64,000 bases of DNA from Kaistella gelatinilytica (GCF_015679325.1 NZ_JADPVI010000002.1:50798-114797), one strand, 5' to 3'. Numbered from the stretch's first letter, positions 18,385 to 27,639 are shown. The notes: a model not told the origin generated them from the letters alone. Numbers and translations are program-made.

Positions 18385-19593
18385 ATGACTCCAAAAAGTA
18401 AAAAAATGAGATATCATCATTCCGGGAAAATTCCTCAAAAAAGACATACTGTTTTCAAATCAGAAGACGACAAATTCCATTATGAGCAACTTTTCGGGAC
18501 GGAAGGTTTCCATGGAATTTCTTCCTTACTTTATCATATTCACCGCCCAACACAAATAAGATCGATCAGCGAACCGAAAGATGTGACGCCAAAAATTGCA
18601 GTTGATAAAAATGTAACTCCAAGAATGTTTAAAGGAGCGAACGTAACCGCAGAAGACGATTTTCTGGACAGTCGAAAAATTTTGATGCTCAACAATGACT
18701 TAAAAATGGGCTTGGCAAAACCACGAAAATCAACCGAATATTTTTATAAAAATGCAGAGTGTGATGAACTTCTTTTCGTTCATGAAGGAAGCGGAACCAT
18801 GAAAACATTTGTAGGAAATCTAGAGTTTTCAGTGGGCGATTACTTAATTGTTCCCCGCGGAACGATCTATCAAATGGAATTTAATACAGAAGAAAATGTA
18901 TTCTTAATTGTAGAAAGCCATTCCCCAATTTACACGCCGAAGCGCTATAGAAATGAGTTCGGCCAACTTCTGGAACATTCACCATTTTGTGAAAGAGATA
19001 TTATCACGCCAACTTTTGTAGAACCAATTGATGAAAAAGGAGATTTCCTCATCAAAGTAAAAAAGGAAAACCAGATCTGGGATTTCGTTTACGCGACACA
19101 TCCGTTTGACGTAGTTGGTTGGGACGGCTATTTTTATCCTTTTAAATTTAATATCAAAAATTTCGAACCGATCACGGGGAGAATTCATCAACCGCCACCA
19201 ATTCACCAGACTTTCGAGGCGCATAATTTCGTAGTTTGCTCTTTTGTTGCAAGAATGTATGATTATCATCCGCAAGCAATTCCGGCACCTTACAACCATT
19301 CCAATATCGATTCAGACGAGGTTTTATTTTATACCGAAGGCGATTTTATGAGCCGAAATCATATTGATCTCATGGATTTCACGCTTCATCCCGGTGGAAT
19401 TGTTCATGGACCGCATCCGGGAGCAATGGAAAGATCAATTGGTAAAAAATTTACTGAAGAGTTTGCAGTGATGGTCGATCCTTTCCGGCCCTTTAAAATT
19501 ACGGAAGAAGCCATGAAAGTTGAAGATCCGACGTACAAAACTTCCTGGTTAGAAAGCGAAGATCACAGTTTGAAAGATCGTTCGCAGGAATAA
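18385..19593 (+). CDS. hmgA: homogentisate 1,2-dioxygenase
   Basis: 402 aa. N-terminal 'YHHSGKIPQKRHTVF...FGTEGFHGISSLLYH', and cupin-type His/Glu ligands in the C-terminal half. Confidence 0.85.
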   Translation: MTPKSKKMRYHHSGKIPQKRHTVFKSEDDKFHYEQLFGTEGFHGISSLLYHIHRPTQIRSISEPKDVTPKIAVDKNVTPRMFKGANVTAEDDFLDSRKILMLNNDLKMGLAKPRKSTEYFYKNAECDELLFVHEGSGTMKTFVGNLEFSVGDYLIVPRGTIYQMEFNTEENVFLIVESHSPIYTPKRYRNEFGQLLEHSPFCERDIITPTFVEPIDEKGDFLIKVKKENQIWDFVYATHPFDVVGWDGYFYPFKFNIKNFEPITGRIHQPPPIHQTFEAHNFVVCSFVARMYDYHPQAIPAPYNHSNIDSDEVLFYTEGDFMSRNHIDLMDFTLHPGGIVHGPHPGAMERSIGKKFTEEFAVMVDPFRPFKITEEAMKVEDPTYKTSWLESEDHSLKDRSQE

Positions 19594-19609
19594 ATTAAAT
19601 TGAATAAAT

Positions 19610-19641
19610 AAGCTGACGCAATTTGAGTCAGCTTTTATTTT
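19610..19641 (+). terminator. rho-independent terminator after hmgA
   Basis: 'aagctgac gcaatttga gtcagctt' followed by 'ttatttt'. Confidence 0.65.
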
Positions 19642-19743
19642 AGGGTTTATTGACAATATAAAATCAATTGGTCTTCAAAAGCAAAAATTAGAAAGCATTT
19701 CTTCAAAACTGATTTTACTCATCACTAATATGAATCTAAATAA

Positions 19744-19751
19744 GTAAATTT
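19744..19751 (+). promoter_or_regulatory. TAnnTTTG -7 box upstream of the CoA-transferase gene
   Basis: 'TAAATTTG' lies 41 nt upstream of the ATG at 19793. Confidence 0.3.
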
Positions 19752-19792
19752 GAAAAAGAAAGCAGAATAAAATTAAACTAAAAGAATATAGC

Positions 19793-21073
19793 ATGAGTCA
19801 ATATGTAAGTGCCGAAGAAGCGGTATCATTAATCAAAAGCGGGGATCGAATTTTCTCACACGGAAGTGCATGTACACCGAATTTTTTGATTGATGAGTTG
19901 GCAAGACAATCTTCCCGACTTCGAGATGTAGAATTTGTTTCGATCACGCAACAGGGAAATGTCGAAATCGCAAAACCTGAGTATAAAGACAGTTTCTATA
20001 TTAATTCTCTTTTTGTTTCGACACCCGTTCGTGAAGCGGTAAATTCAGAACGCGGCGATTTTGTTCCTATATTTTTAAGTGAAATTCCATTGCTTTTTAA
20101 AAATGGAATATTGACCCTGGATGTTGCAATCGTTACAATAACACCTCCAGATAAACACGGTTACTGCACTTTGGGAACTTCTGTAGATGTTGCCAGAAGC
20201 GCAGTTGACAATGCGAAAATAATTATTGCACAAGTAAATCCAAGAATGCCAAGAACTCACGGTGACGGGATGATCCATGTATCCAAAATTGATAAAATGG
20301 TTTGGCATGATGAGGAACTTTTAACTGTAGATTATGGGGCAAAAGTAACGGAGTGTGAACTATTGATCGGAAAAAATGTCGCAGAGTTAATTGATGACAG
20401 ATCGACATTACAAATGGGAATCGGAACCATTCCGGATGCAGTTCTAAAATGCCTTCACAATCACAAAGATTTGGGAGTTCATACCGAAATGATCAGCGAC
20501 GGAATTGTAGATCTGATAAAGAATGATATCGTCAATAATAAATTTAAAGGAACGCATTTGAACAGAACCATCACCAGTTTTGCGTTTGGTACCCGAAAAT
20601 TATACGATTATATTCATGACAATCCTTCGTTCGCTTTTATGGATGTTGAACACGTGAATTACCCCATCAACATTATGAAAAATAAAAAAATGGTGGCGAT
20701 AAATTCTGCGATCGAAATAGACTTAACTGGTCAGGTTTGCGCCGATTCTATCGGGACTTATCAGTTCAGTGGAATTGGTGGACAAATGGATTTTATGCGT
20801 GGTGCTGCACTTTCTGAGGGTGGAAAACCAATCATCGCCATTTCTTCAAGAACAAAAAAAGGCGTACCGAGAATCGTGCCCTATTTAAAACAAGGAGCTG
20901 GAGTTGTAACCACTCGCGGACATATTCATTACGTGGTGACCGAATACGGAACTGCATACCTCTATGGGAAAAATTTGAAACAAAGAGCAAAAGCACTCAT
21001 CGAAATCTCTCATCCAGATGATCGGGAAATGCTTGATCAGGCAACTTTTGAAAGATTCAAAGTTTTGATGTAA
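19793..21073 (+). CDS. acetyl-CoA hydrolase/transferase family protein (4-hydroxybutyrate CoA-transferase-like)
   Basis: 426 aa. 'SHGSACTPNFLIDELA' and the conserved 'GIGG' region. Family assignment is from overall similarity. Confidence 0.8.
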   Translation: MSQYVSAEEAVSLIKSGDRIFSHGSACTPNFLIDELARQSSRLRDVEFVSITQQGNVEIAKPEYKDSFYINSLFVSTPVREAVNSERGDFVPIFLSEIPLLFKNGILTLDVAIVTITPPDKHGYCTLGTSVDVARSAVDNAKIIIAQVNPRMPRTHGDGMIHVSKIDKMVWHDEELLTVDYGAKVTECELLIGKNVAELIDDRSTLQMGIGTIPDAVLKCLHNHKDLGVHTEMISDGIVDLIKNDIVNNKFKGTHLNRTITSFAFGTRKLYDYIHDNPSFAFMDVEHVNYPINIMKNKKMVAINSAIEIDLTGQVCADSIGTYQFSGIGGQMDFMRGAALSEGGKPIIAISSRTKKGVPRIVPYLKQGAGVVTTRGHIHYVVTEYGTAYLYGKNLKQRAKALIEISHPDDREMLDQATFERFKVLM

Positions 21074-21185
21074 TTTTTTAGGATCAACGAAGTTTCATGT
21101 TTTCATGAAAAAACGCCGCTTTTATTTACAATCTTTTTTTCCGTATAATTCCCGGTTCTTTGAATAAGATTCCGATAAGAAAAAA

Positions 21186-21290
21186 AGGATTTCCATTTCG
21201 ATCGGGGCTATAAGTTCGTGAAGTCTGTCATTACGAGCGAAGTACTACTGTCGTACGATTCAATTGTATGACATGCAGAATAGTAATAAT
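21186..21290. repeat. mosaic intergenic repeat ('ggatttccatttcgatcggggctataa ... gtcattacgagcgaag')
   Basis: Shares the 'ggat..c..ttc(g/a)atcggggctat' core with 54513..54540 and with 41281..41375 (reverse strand). Confidence 0.55.
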
Positions 21291-21422
21291 TACAGTGTTT
21301 ATTTTTAATCAAGGCTACACGGAGAATTCGGGCTGCAGCGGAGGTTGTAAGTAAAAATACGTTCTTGATTTTCACAATGTTTTTAAGGTTTAATTAAAGT
21401 AATTTTATAAAAAATTTAAAAT

Positions 21423-21827
21423 ATGAAAAATCTACCCTTCGTCTTACTGTTTATTTTACCAACTGTTATGAACGCCCAGGAAACGAAACAATCTGAAATT
21501 AATCAGTACCTCAAAAAAGCAAATACAAAAAAAAAGACAGCAAACATACTCTTAATAACCGGCGGCGGCTTGCTTCTGACAGGAATCGTCGTTTCAGCAA
21601 CGGCACAACATAAAAATAGTATGTTGATTTCAGATCGCGATTTAGCCGGACTCGGACTCTCTGGTTTGGGAATTTTATCGGCGGTGGCTTCCGTTCCTTT
21701 CTATATTTCTGCTAAAAATAACAAAAATAAATCTTTACAAATTTCTCCGACAACAGGAATTCTCAGATCAAATTCTATTACAGAACCAAAAAATTATGCG
21801 ACGGTTGGACTCAATTTTAATTTTTGA
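21423..21827 (+). CDS. hypothetical secreted/membrane protein (134 aa)
   Basis: Signal peptide 'LLFILPTVMNAQ' and two Gly-rich hydrophobic segments. It contains an A9 homopolymer at 21527..21535. Confidence 0.45.
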   Translation: MKNLPFVLLFILPTVMNAQETKQSEINQYLKKANTKKKTANILLITGGGLLLTGIVVSATAQHKNSMLISDRDLAGLGLSGLGILSAVASVPFYISAKNNKNKSLQISPTTGILRSNSITEPKNYATVGLNFNF

Positions 21828-21841
21828 TTGTTTAGTAATCA

Positions 21842-21975
21842 CGTAATTTAGCGTAACTAAAAACAAGAAAAATGTCAACACTTACATTTGTCGAAAAAAT
21901 AGCTCAGACAGAGAATTTTTTACCAATTACGGAACCGATTATATTGAGTTTTATGTAGAAAATAAAAAGCATCCA
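21842..21975 (+). pseudogene. degenerate copy of the hppD promoter region plus first ~35 codons (frameshifted)
   Basis: About 85% identical to 23159..23300 ('cgtaatttagcgtaactaaaaacaagaaaaATGtcaacacttacatttg...'). A 1-nt deletion leads to a stop after 'ILSFM'. Confidence 0.65.
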
Positions 21976-21980
21976 CATTC

Positions 21981-22102
21981 GGAACAGCTTATCTTTATGG
22001 TAAACGTTCAAAACAAAGAGCAAAAGCAATCATCGAAATTTCTCATCCATATTATCGGGAAATGCTGGACCGGCAACTTTTGAGCGATTTAAACTGCATT
22101 TA
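21981..22102 (+). pseudogene. degenerate copy of the 3' end of the acetyl-CoA hydrolase/transferase gene
   Basis: About 80% identical to 20950..21073, including '...caaagagcaaaagca.tcatcgaaat.tctcatcca' and the terminal TAA. Confidence 0.65.
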
Positions 22103-22216
22103 AAATAAAATATTATTATTTGCATTTCTAGCAAAAATTGAATTAAGCTCTTGATGCTTATTTTATTATGCTACATTTAAAGAATTGTTATCTTTGTTCC
22201 GAAAAAAGATAAAAAT

Positions 22217-23002
22217 TTGGAAAATATTTACAATGCCATTAAAAAGGATATTAAATCTCATCCAGATGTTACATCATCAATTTTAGGTCTTGTTCCCGAA
22301 TGGAAAAGAAGTCAGTTCATTATATTGTCAGAAATTATTTCTGCATATTTGTCGACCTGTCCACTCTTAACGCACGAGCGGAAACTCAACTTGGGCGTCA
22401 CCATTTCAGCCATTACTTTACAGCGCTTTTTTGAAACTGATTATCACGTTAAAACGCATAATGATTTGCGCTTCATCAAAACTTTAGATAAGATCTGCTT
22501 ATTTTTAGGGAAGATTGATTTAAATAATTACATCCACGACCGCGTTCATAAGATCGATGAAATTGAGACTGATACGCTACACGTAGATCACATTGAAAAA
22601 AGCCTGATTCTCAACTTTTGTAAATCTCAGTTTGAAGCGTTAATTGATCTACCCAAAATTAGCATCAACAGAATTTCAAGATTTGTTTACCTGGAATCGC
22701 CATTGACTGAAAGAATTCGGGTTGCAATGGAGGAAAAGAGAAAGAATAATTTAGTTATTGTTACAGAGAACAACCGATCTAATTATGAAGTTTTTGGAAT
22801 GACGAAGATCAGCGATGATGGAAAACTGAAAGTAATTAAAACCCAGGAATTCTGGAATTTGTTGTTCATAGATGGTGATCAGAATACGTACATTGCGAAT
22901 CACCTTAATACCCAGTTCTATTTTATAAAAAGATTCGGAGAGGAATGGAAGATCTGGGATAATTTTAATCCCGATTACGGACAGATCCTAAAAATAAAAT
23001 AA
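22217..23002 (+). CDS. hypothetical protein (261 aa; TTG start in track, true start uncertain)
   Basis: ORF whose only in-frame start is TTG. No recognised domain. 'RFFETDYH' is compatible with an Rx6H HEPN-like motif, but this is weak. Confidence 0.45.
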   Translation: MENIYNAIKKDIKSHPDVTSSILGLVPEWKRSQFIILSEIISAYLSTCPLLTHERKLNLGVTISAITLQRFFETDYHVKTHNDLRFIKTLDKICLFLGKIDLNNYIHDRVHKIDEIETDTLHVDHIEKSLILNFCKSQFEALIDLPKISINRISRFVYLESPLTERIRVAMEEKRKNNLVIVTENNRSNYEVFGMTKISDDGKLKVIKTQEFWNLLFIDGDQNTYIANHLNTQFYFIKRFGEEWKIWDNFNPDYGQILKIK

Positions 23003-23026
23003 GCCCCAAAATAGGGCTTAGTTTAC
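23001..23026 (+). terminator. weak rho-independent terminator
   Basis: 'aagcccc aaaata gggctt' followed by 'agttta'. Confidence 0.35.
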
Positions 23027-23188
23027 ATCATTTGTGTTTCTAGAATATCTAAATATTTCTATGCTGCAAATATAAAAGAAGTAACATTCTCCCTTCAAAC
23101 TTAAAAATACTTAAAAATACTTATAAGCACTTGCTTTCATTTTCAAATCTGAAGGATGCATTTTCGTAAAACCTAAAATTATCGTAAT

Positions 23189-24343
23189 TTGGCATTACTA
23201 AACAAAAGAAAAATGTCAACACTTACATTTGCGGAAAAAATAGCACAGGCAGAGAATTTTTTACCCATTAACGGAACAGATTATATTGAATTTTATGTAG
23301 GAAATGCGAAGCAGGCAGCCCATTTCTACAAAACGGCTTTCGGTTTTCAGTCCGTCGCTTATGCGGGACCCGAAACGGGAGTTCGTGACCGATCTTCTTA
23401 CGTCGTTCAGCAGGGAAAAATCCGGTTGGTTTTAACATCTGGATTAAATTCTGATTCTCCGATCTGTGAACATCAAAAAAAACATGGCGACGGTGTAAAA
23501 ATTTTAGCACTTTGGGTTGATGATGCTTATTCGGCTTTTGAAGAAACGACAAAAAGAGGTGCAAAACCTTATTTAGAACCAACTACTTTAGCCGATGAGA
23601 ACGGTGAAGTTCGTATGTCGGGAATTTATACGTACGGCGAAACGATTCACATGTTCATTGAAAGAAAAAATTACAAAGGTGATTTTATGCCAGGTTATCA
23701 AAAATGGGAAAGCGTTTATAATCCAAGCGATGTCGGACTTTTATATGTTGATCACTGTGTAGGAAACGTAGACTGGAACAGAATGATCCCGGTTGTGAAA
23801 TGGTATGAAGATGTGATGGGATTTGTAAATATTTTAAGTTTCGACGACAAACAGATCAACACTGAATATTCAGCTTTGATGTCTAAAGTGATGAGCAACG
23901 GAAACGGTTTTGCAAAATTCCCGATCAATGAACCTGCAGAAGGAAAAAGAAAATCTCAGGTAGAAGAATATTTAGATTTTTACGAAGGAGAAGGTGTTCA
24001 GCATATCGCAGTTGCAACAAGAGACATCATCAAAACCGTTACCGAATTAAAAGCCAGAGGAATTGAATTTTTACCGGCTCCTCCGAATACGTATTACGAG
24101 ATGGTTCCCGAACGTGTTGGAACGATCGACGAAGATCTTAAAAAACTTTCTGATTTAGGAATCTTAATTGATTGCGATGAAGAAGGTTATCTTCTCCAAA
24201 TTTTCACAAGACCTGTTGAAGATCGCCCTACTCTTTTCTTCGAAATTATTGAAAGACACGGCGCACAAAGTTTTGGAGCAGGAAATTTCAAGGCATTATT
24301 CGAAGCCTTAGAAAAAGAGCAGGAAAAAAGAGGAAATCTTTAA
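23189..24343 (+). CDS. hppD: 4-hydroxyphenylpyruvate dioxygenase
   Basis: 384 aa. Two VOC/glyoxalase-type domains. The likely true start is the second Met (MSTLTFAEK, 23213), which places 'TAATTTGG' as the -7 box. Confidence 0.85.
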   Translation: MALLNKRKMSTLTFAEKIAQAENFLPINGTDYIEFYVGNAKQAAHFYKTAFGFQSVAYAGPETGVRDRSSYVVQQGKIRLVLTSGLNSDSPICEHQKKHGDGVKILALWVDDAYSAFEETTKRGAKPYLEPTTLADENGEVRMSGIYTYGETIHMFIERKNYKGDFMPGYQKWESVYNPSDVGLLYVDHCVGNVDWNRMIPVVKWYEDVMGFVNILSFDDKQINTEYSALMSKVMSNGNGFAKFPINEPAEGKRKSQVEEYLDFYEGEGVQHIAVATRDIIKTVTELKARGIEFLPAPPNTYYEMVPERVGTIDEDLKKLSDLGILIDCDEEGYLLQIFTRPVEDRPTLFFEIIERHGAQSFGAGNFKALFEALEKEQEKRGNL

Positions 24344-24412
24344 ATAAAGTTTTCAAAATTGATTTCTGCAGGTATATGAAAACTTTTCATTAACAAAATT
24401 CATAAGTTTAAA

Positions 24413-24874
24413 ATGACAAAAATATTTTCTTTCGTCTTACTTATCGTGGGTTCTATGGTAATGAAGGCTCAATACGGTTCTATCAATGCAATTCTGGATA
24501 AATTAGAAGCGAGAAGAGGAATTAATCAAAATCTGAAAGACGTCAATATCGATAACACCAAATTTGTTCTGATCAAAGAATTTGATGATCATACAGAAAG
24601 AAGTTTTATCATCATCAAAGGTAATTTGGCAACTTATGTCGAAATATTTGATGATAAAAAAAATGGCGAAACTTCATCTAATGTTTTCTCGGGAGATGTA
24701 GTGAGAACAAATCACAACATCGTATCGCTAAGAGCTGATAAACTGGAAGGAACAAAAATTGCGATTCCCATTGCAAAAACATTCCTCATGACGAAACAAA
24801 AAGAAGTGCTTTATCTCGTCGACATTAATACCAAAGACCGCTGGATCGAAGAAGGCGCGATCAATAAAAAATAA
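24413..24874 (+). CDS. hypothetical secreted protein (153 aa)
   Basis: Signal peptide 'LLIVGSMVMKAQ'. It is inserted between hppD and fahA. Confidence 0.45.
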   Translation: MTKIFSFVLLIVGSMVMKAQYGSINAILDKLEARRGINQNLKDVNIDNTKFVLIKEFDDHTERSFIIIKGNLATYVEIFDDKKNGETSSNVFSGDVVRTNHNIVSLRADKLEGTKIAIPIAKTFLMTKQKEVLYLVDINTKDRWIEEGAINKK

Positions 24875-24949
24875 ATCTTACTCAATTATAAATAGGTTCA
24901 AAGTTTAAATATCATTTACACTTTGAGCCTTTACTTTAAATTCTAAAAA

Positions 24950-26200
24950 ATGATAAAATCTTTTATAAACTACGATCAAAATTCAGATTTTTCTATTCAT
25001 AATATTCCATTTGGTGTAGGTGTTTTTTCCAACGAATATATTGCATGCTGCACCAGAATAGGTGATATGGTCATCGATCTCGCAACGCTATACGATTACG
25101 GATTTTTTGATGAAATTGAAGGCATTAACGAAAATGTTTTTGAAGCTTACACTTTAAATGAATTCATCGAACTGGAAAAACCTGTAACAAACGCCGTCCG
25201 TTTAAAAATCCAACAACTTTTAGACGAAAATTCAAAACTGGCAAATGACGAAAAAACGATTGAAGAATGTTTTTTCAACGCAGATCAAGTCCGAATGATG
25301 ATGCCGGTTCACATTCCAAATTATACCGATTTTTACAGCAGCATCGAACACGCGACCAACGTTGGGAAAATGTTTCGTGATCCTGCAAATGCATTGCTTC
25401 CCAACTGGAAACACCTTCCTGTAGGTTATCATGGCCGCGCTTCTTCGATCGTTGTTTCAGGAACCGATATTATTCGTCCGAAAGGTCAGATGAAACCTGC
25501 CGATGTCGAGTCTCCCATTTTTGGACCGTGCAAGCAACTCGATTTTGAACTGGAAATGGCGTTCATCGTCAATAAAAATACCGAAATGGGCGAAAGTATT
25601 TCTACCGCCGAAGCAGAAGATGCCATTTTCGGAATGGTAATTTTCAATGACTGGTCGGCTCGAGATATTCAAAGCTGGGAATATGTTCCACTTGGACCAT
25701 TTTTAGGGAAAAACTTTGGAAGTTCAATTTCACCCTGGGTCGTAACTTTGGAAGCCTTAATGCCTTTCAGAACCGAATCGCCAAAACAGGAACCAGAAGT
25801 TTTAGATTATTTAAAATTTGAAGGCGACAAAAATTTTGACATCAATCTGGAAGTTTATATCAAACCTGAAAATGGGACTGAAAATTTAATTTCAAAAAGC
25901 AATTACAAATTCATGTACTGGAATATGACGCAACAATTGGCGCATCATACCATCAACGGTTGTAATGTTGAAGTTGGTGATATGTACGCATCTGGAACGA
26001 TTTCCGGGGAAAATCCAAACTCTTTTGGTTCCATGCTCGAATTAACCTGGAGAGGAACGAATCCTTTAAAATTAAAAGATGGGGAAGAACGTAAATTCAT
26101 CAATGATAATGATACGGTGATCATGAAAGGTTTTGCTGAAAAAGATGGAATGAGAGTTGGTTTCGGAGAGGTTTCTGGAAAGATTTTACCTGCAAATTAA
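24950..26200 (+). CDS. fahA: fumarylacetoacetase
   Basis: 416 aa. An N-terminal FAH-N domain ('FSIHNIPFGVGVFS') plus a C-terminal FAH fold, with a size typical of FahA. Confidence 0.85.
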   Translation: MIKSFINYDQNSDFSIHNIPFGVGVFSNEYIACCTRIGDMVIDLATLYDYGFFDEIEGINENVFEAYTLNEFIELEKPVTNAVRLKIQQLLDENSKLANDEKTIEECFFNADQVRMMMPVHIPNYTDFYSSIEHATNVGKMFRDPANALLPNWKHLPVGYHGRASSIVVSGTDIIRPKGQMKPADVESPIFGPCKQLDFELEMAFIVNKNTEMGESISTAEAEDAIFGMVIFNDWSARDIQSWEYVPLGPFLGKNFGSSISPWVVTLEALMPFRTESPKQEPEVLDYLKFEGDKNFDINLEVYIKPENGTENLISKSNYKFMYWNMTQQLAHHTINGCNVEVGDMYASGTISGENPNSFGSMLELTWRGTNPLKLKDGEERKFINDNDTVIMKGFAEKDGMRVGFGEVSGKILPAN

Positions 26201-26242
26201 TTTAAAAACCACAAAGAACTGGAACTATTGATCGTTTCTAAT

Positions 26243-26254
26243 TAACACATTAGT
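26243..26254. repeat. left 12-bp inverted-repeat arm 'ttaacacattag' flanking the GxxExxY gene
   Basis: Perfect reverse complement of 26785..26796. A second 'acacattag' copy lies at 26291..26299. Confidence 0.7.
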
Positions 26255-26327
26255 TTTATTACTGTTCCTTAATTTTAAGTTCACATGAGGACACATTAGA
26301 TTTCTTATCATTTAATTTTTACGCAAG

Positions 26328-26738
26328 ATGGAGATTACACAGAAATATATCAATGAACTGACCTATAAAATTACCGGAGCTTGCATTGAAGTTCATAAAA
26401 TTGTAGGTCCTGGTCTTTTTGAAAATGTATATCACGAGTGTCTTAAAAAAGAATTTGATCTACTTGAAATAAAATATCAATCAGAACTTGAGATTCCTTT
26501 CAATTATAAAGATAAAATTATCGCGTGTAAAGTTAAATGTGATTTTTTAATCGAAAACCAGATTGTTTTGGAAATAAAATCTACTTCAGACTTTAATAAT
26601 TTTCATCGTGCACAAACAATGAATTATATGAATTTGCTAAAAGTTCCAAAAGCAATCTTGGTAAATTTTAATGTCAATAATTTGTATCACGAAGGACATG
26701 AAACATTTGTAAGCAGATATTTTGCAAACCTAAAATAA
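26328..26738 (+). CDS. GxxExxY family protein (PD-(D/E)XK nuclease superfamily)
   Basis: 136 aa. 'ITGACIEVHKIVGPGLFENVYHECL' contains the eponymous G..E..Y motif. Confidence 0.75.
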   Translation: MEITQKYINELTYKITGACIEVHKIVGPGLFENVYHECLKKEFDLLEIKYQSELEIPFNYKDKIIACKVKCDFLIENQIVLEIKSTSDFNNFHRAQTMNYMNLLKVPKAILVNFNVNNLYHEGHETFVSRYFANLK

Positions 26739-26784
26739 TGTGATCTAAATGTTCACCAAGAATTCAACTAAAAACTAATGTGAC

Positions 26785-26796
26785 TAATGTGTTAAA
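26785..26796. repeat. right 12-bp inverted-repeat arm 'ctaatgtgttaa'
   Basis: Reverse complement of 26243..26254. It is preceded by a second 'ctaatgtgac' copy at 26776..26784. Confidence 0.7.
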
Positions 26797-26817
26797 AAGA
26801 CACCAATTCCAAACGAT

Positions 26818-27639
26818 ATGAAAACAATTTCTCCTCAAGATCTAAATAATTTCCAGTTACAAATCCTTTTGCAGACTGCAATTGCTCCACGACCGATCGC
26901 TCTGGCTTCGACGATTGATAAAAATGGAAATGTGAATTTAAGTCCGTTCAGTTTTTTCAATATGTTCAGTTCTAATCCGCCGGTTGTGATTTTTTCTCCA
27001 GCCAGAAGAGTTCGTGACAATACGACGAAACATACTTTAGAAAACGTTCTGGAAGTTCCGGAAGTCGTGATCGGAATTGTAAATTATAAAATTGTACAAC
27101 AGATTTCTTTAGCTTCTACGGAATATGAGAAGGAAATCAACGAGTTTGTAAAATCAGGTTTAACCATGAAAGATGCTGATCTGATTCAACCAAAACTGAT
27201 CGAAGATTGCCCGGTCAATTTAGAATGTAAAGTTCTGGAAGTAAAACATTTGGGAACTGAAGGTGGCGCCGGAAATTTAGTCATTTGTGAAATCATTAAA
27301 ATACATGTTCGCGAAGAATATTTAGATGAGGATGGAAATTTAGACCAGAAAAAACTTGATCTCGTTGCACGATTAGGTGGAAACTGGTATTCCCGAAATA
27401 ATGCCGACAATTTGTTTGAAGTTCCGAAACCATTAGTAACAAAAGGAATTGGCTTCGATTTATTACCCGACGAAGTTAAACACAGTAAAATCCTCACAGG
27501 TAATGACTTAGGAATGCTTGCGAATACAGAAGAGCTACCAAGCGGAAGTTTCCACGAGGATGAGAACAAACATCTGGAAGCACAAAAGCATCTTTCAGAA
27601 AACAATATTGCAGAAGCCTGGAAAATTTTACTAAAATAA
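26818..27639 (+). CDS. flavin reductase family protein (FMN-binding split barrel)
   Basis: 273 aa. 'NLSPFSFFNMFSSNPPVVIFSP' is typical of flavin-reductase-like domains. Confidence 0.7.
   Translation: MKTISPQDLNNFQLQILLQTAIAPRPIALASTIDKNGNVNLSPFSFFNMFSSNPPVVIFSPARRVRDNTTKHTLENVLEVPEVVIGIVNYKIVQQISLASTEYEKEINEFVKSGLTMKDADLIQPKLIEDCPVNLECKVLEVKHLGTEGGAGNLVICEIIKIHVREEYLDEDGNLDQKKLDLVARLGGNWYSRNNADNLFEVPKPLVTKGIGFDLLPDEVKHSKILTGNDLGMLANTEELPSGSFHEDENKHLEAQKHLSENNIAEAWKILLK

Noticed and set aside
22217-23002. HEPN-like Rx6H motif ('RFFETDYH') in the 261-aa hypothetical protein, considered as evidence of a toxin or abortive-infection function.
   Set aside because: A single short motif occurs by chance at this frequency. 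There is no accompanying antitoxin-sized partner gene and no other supporting architecture.
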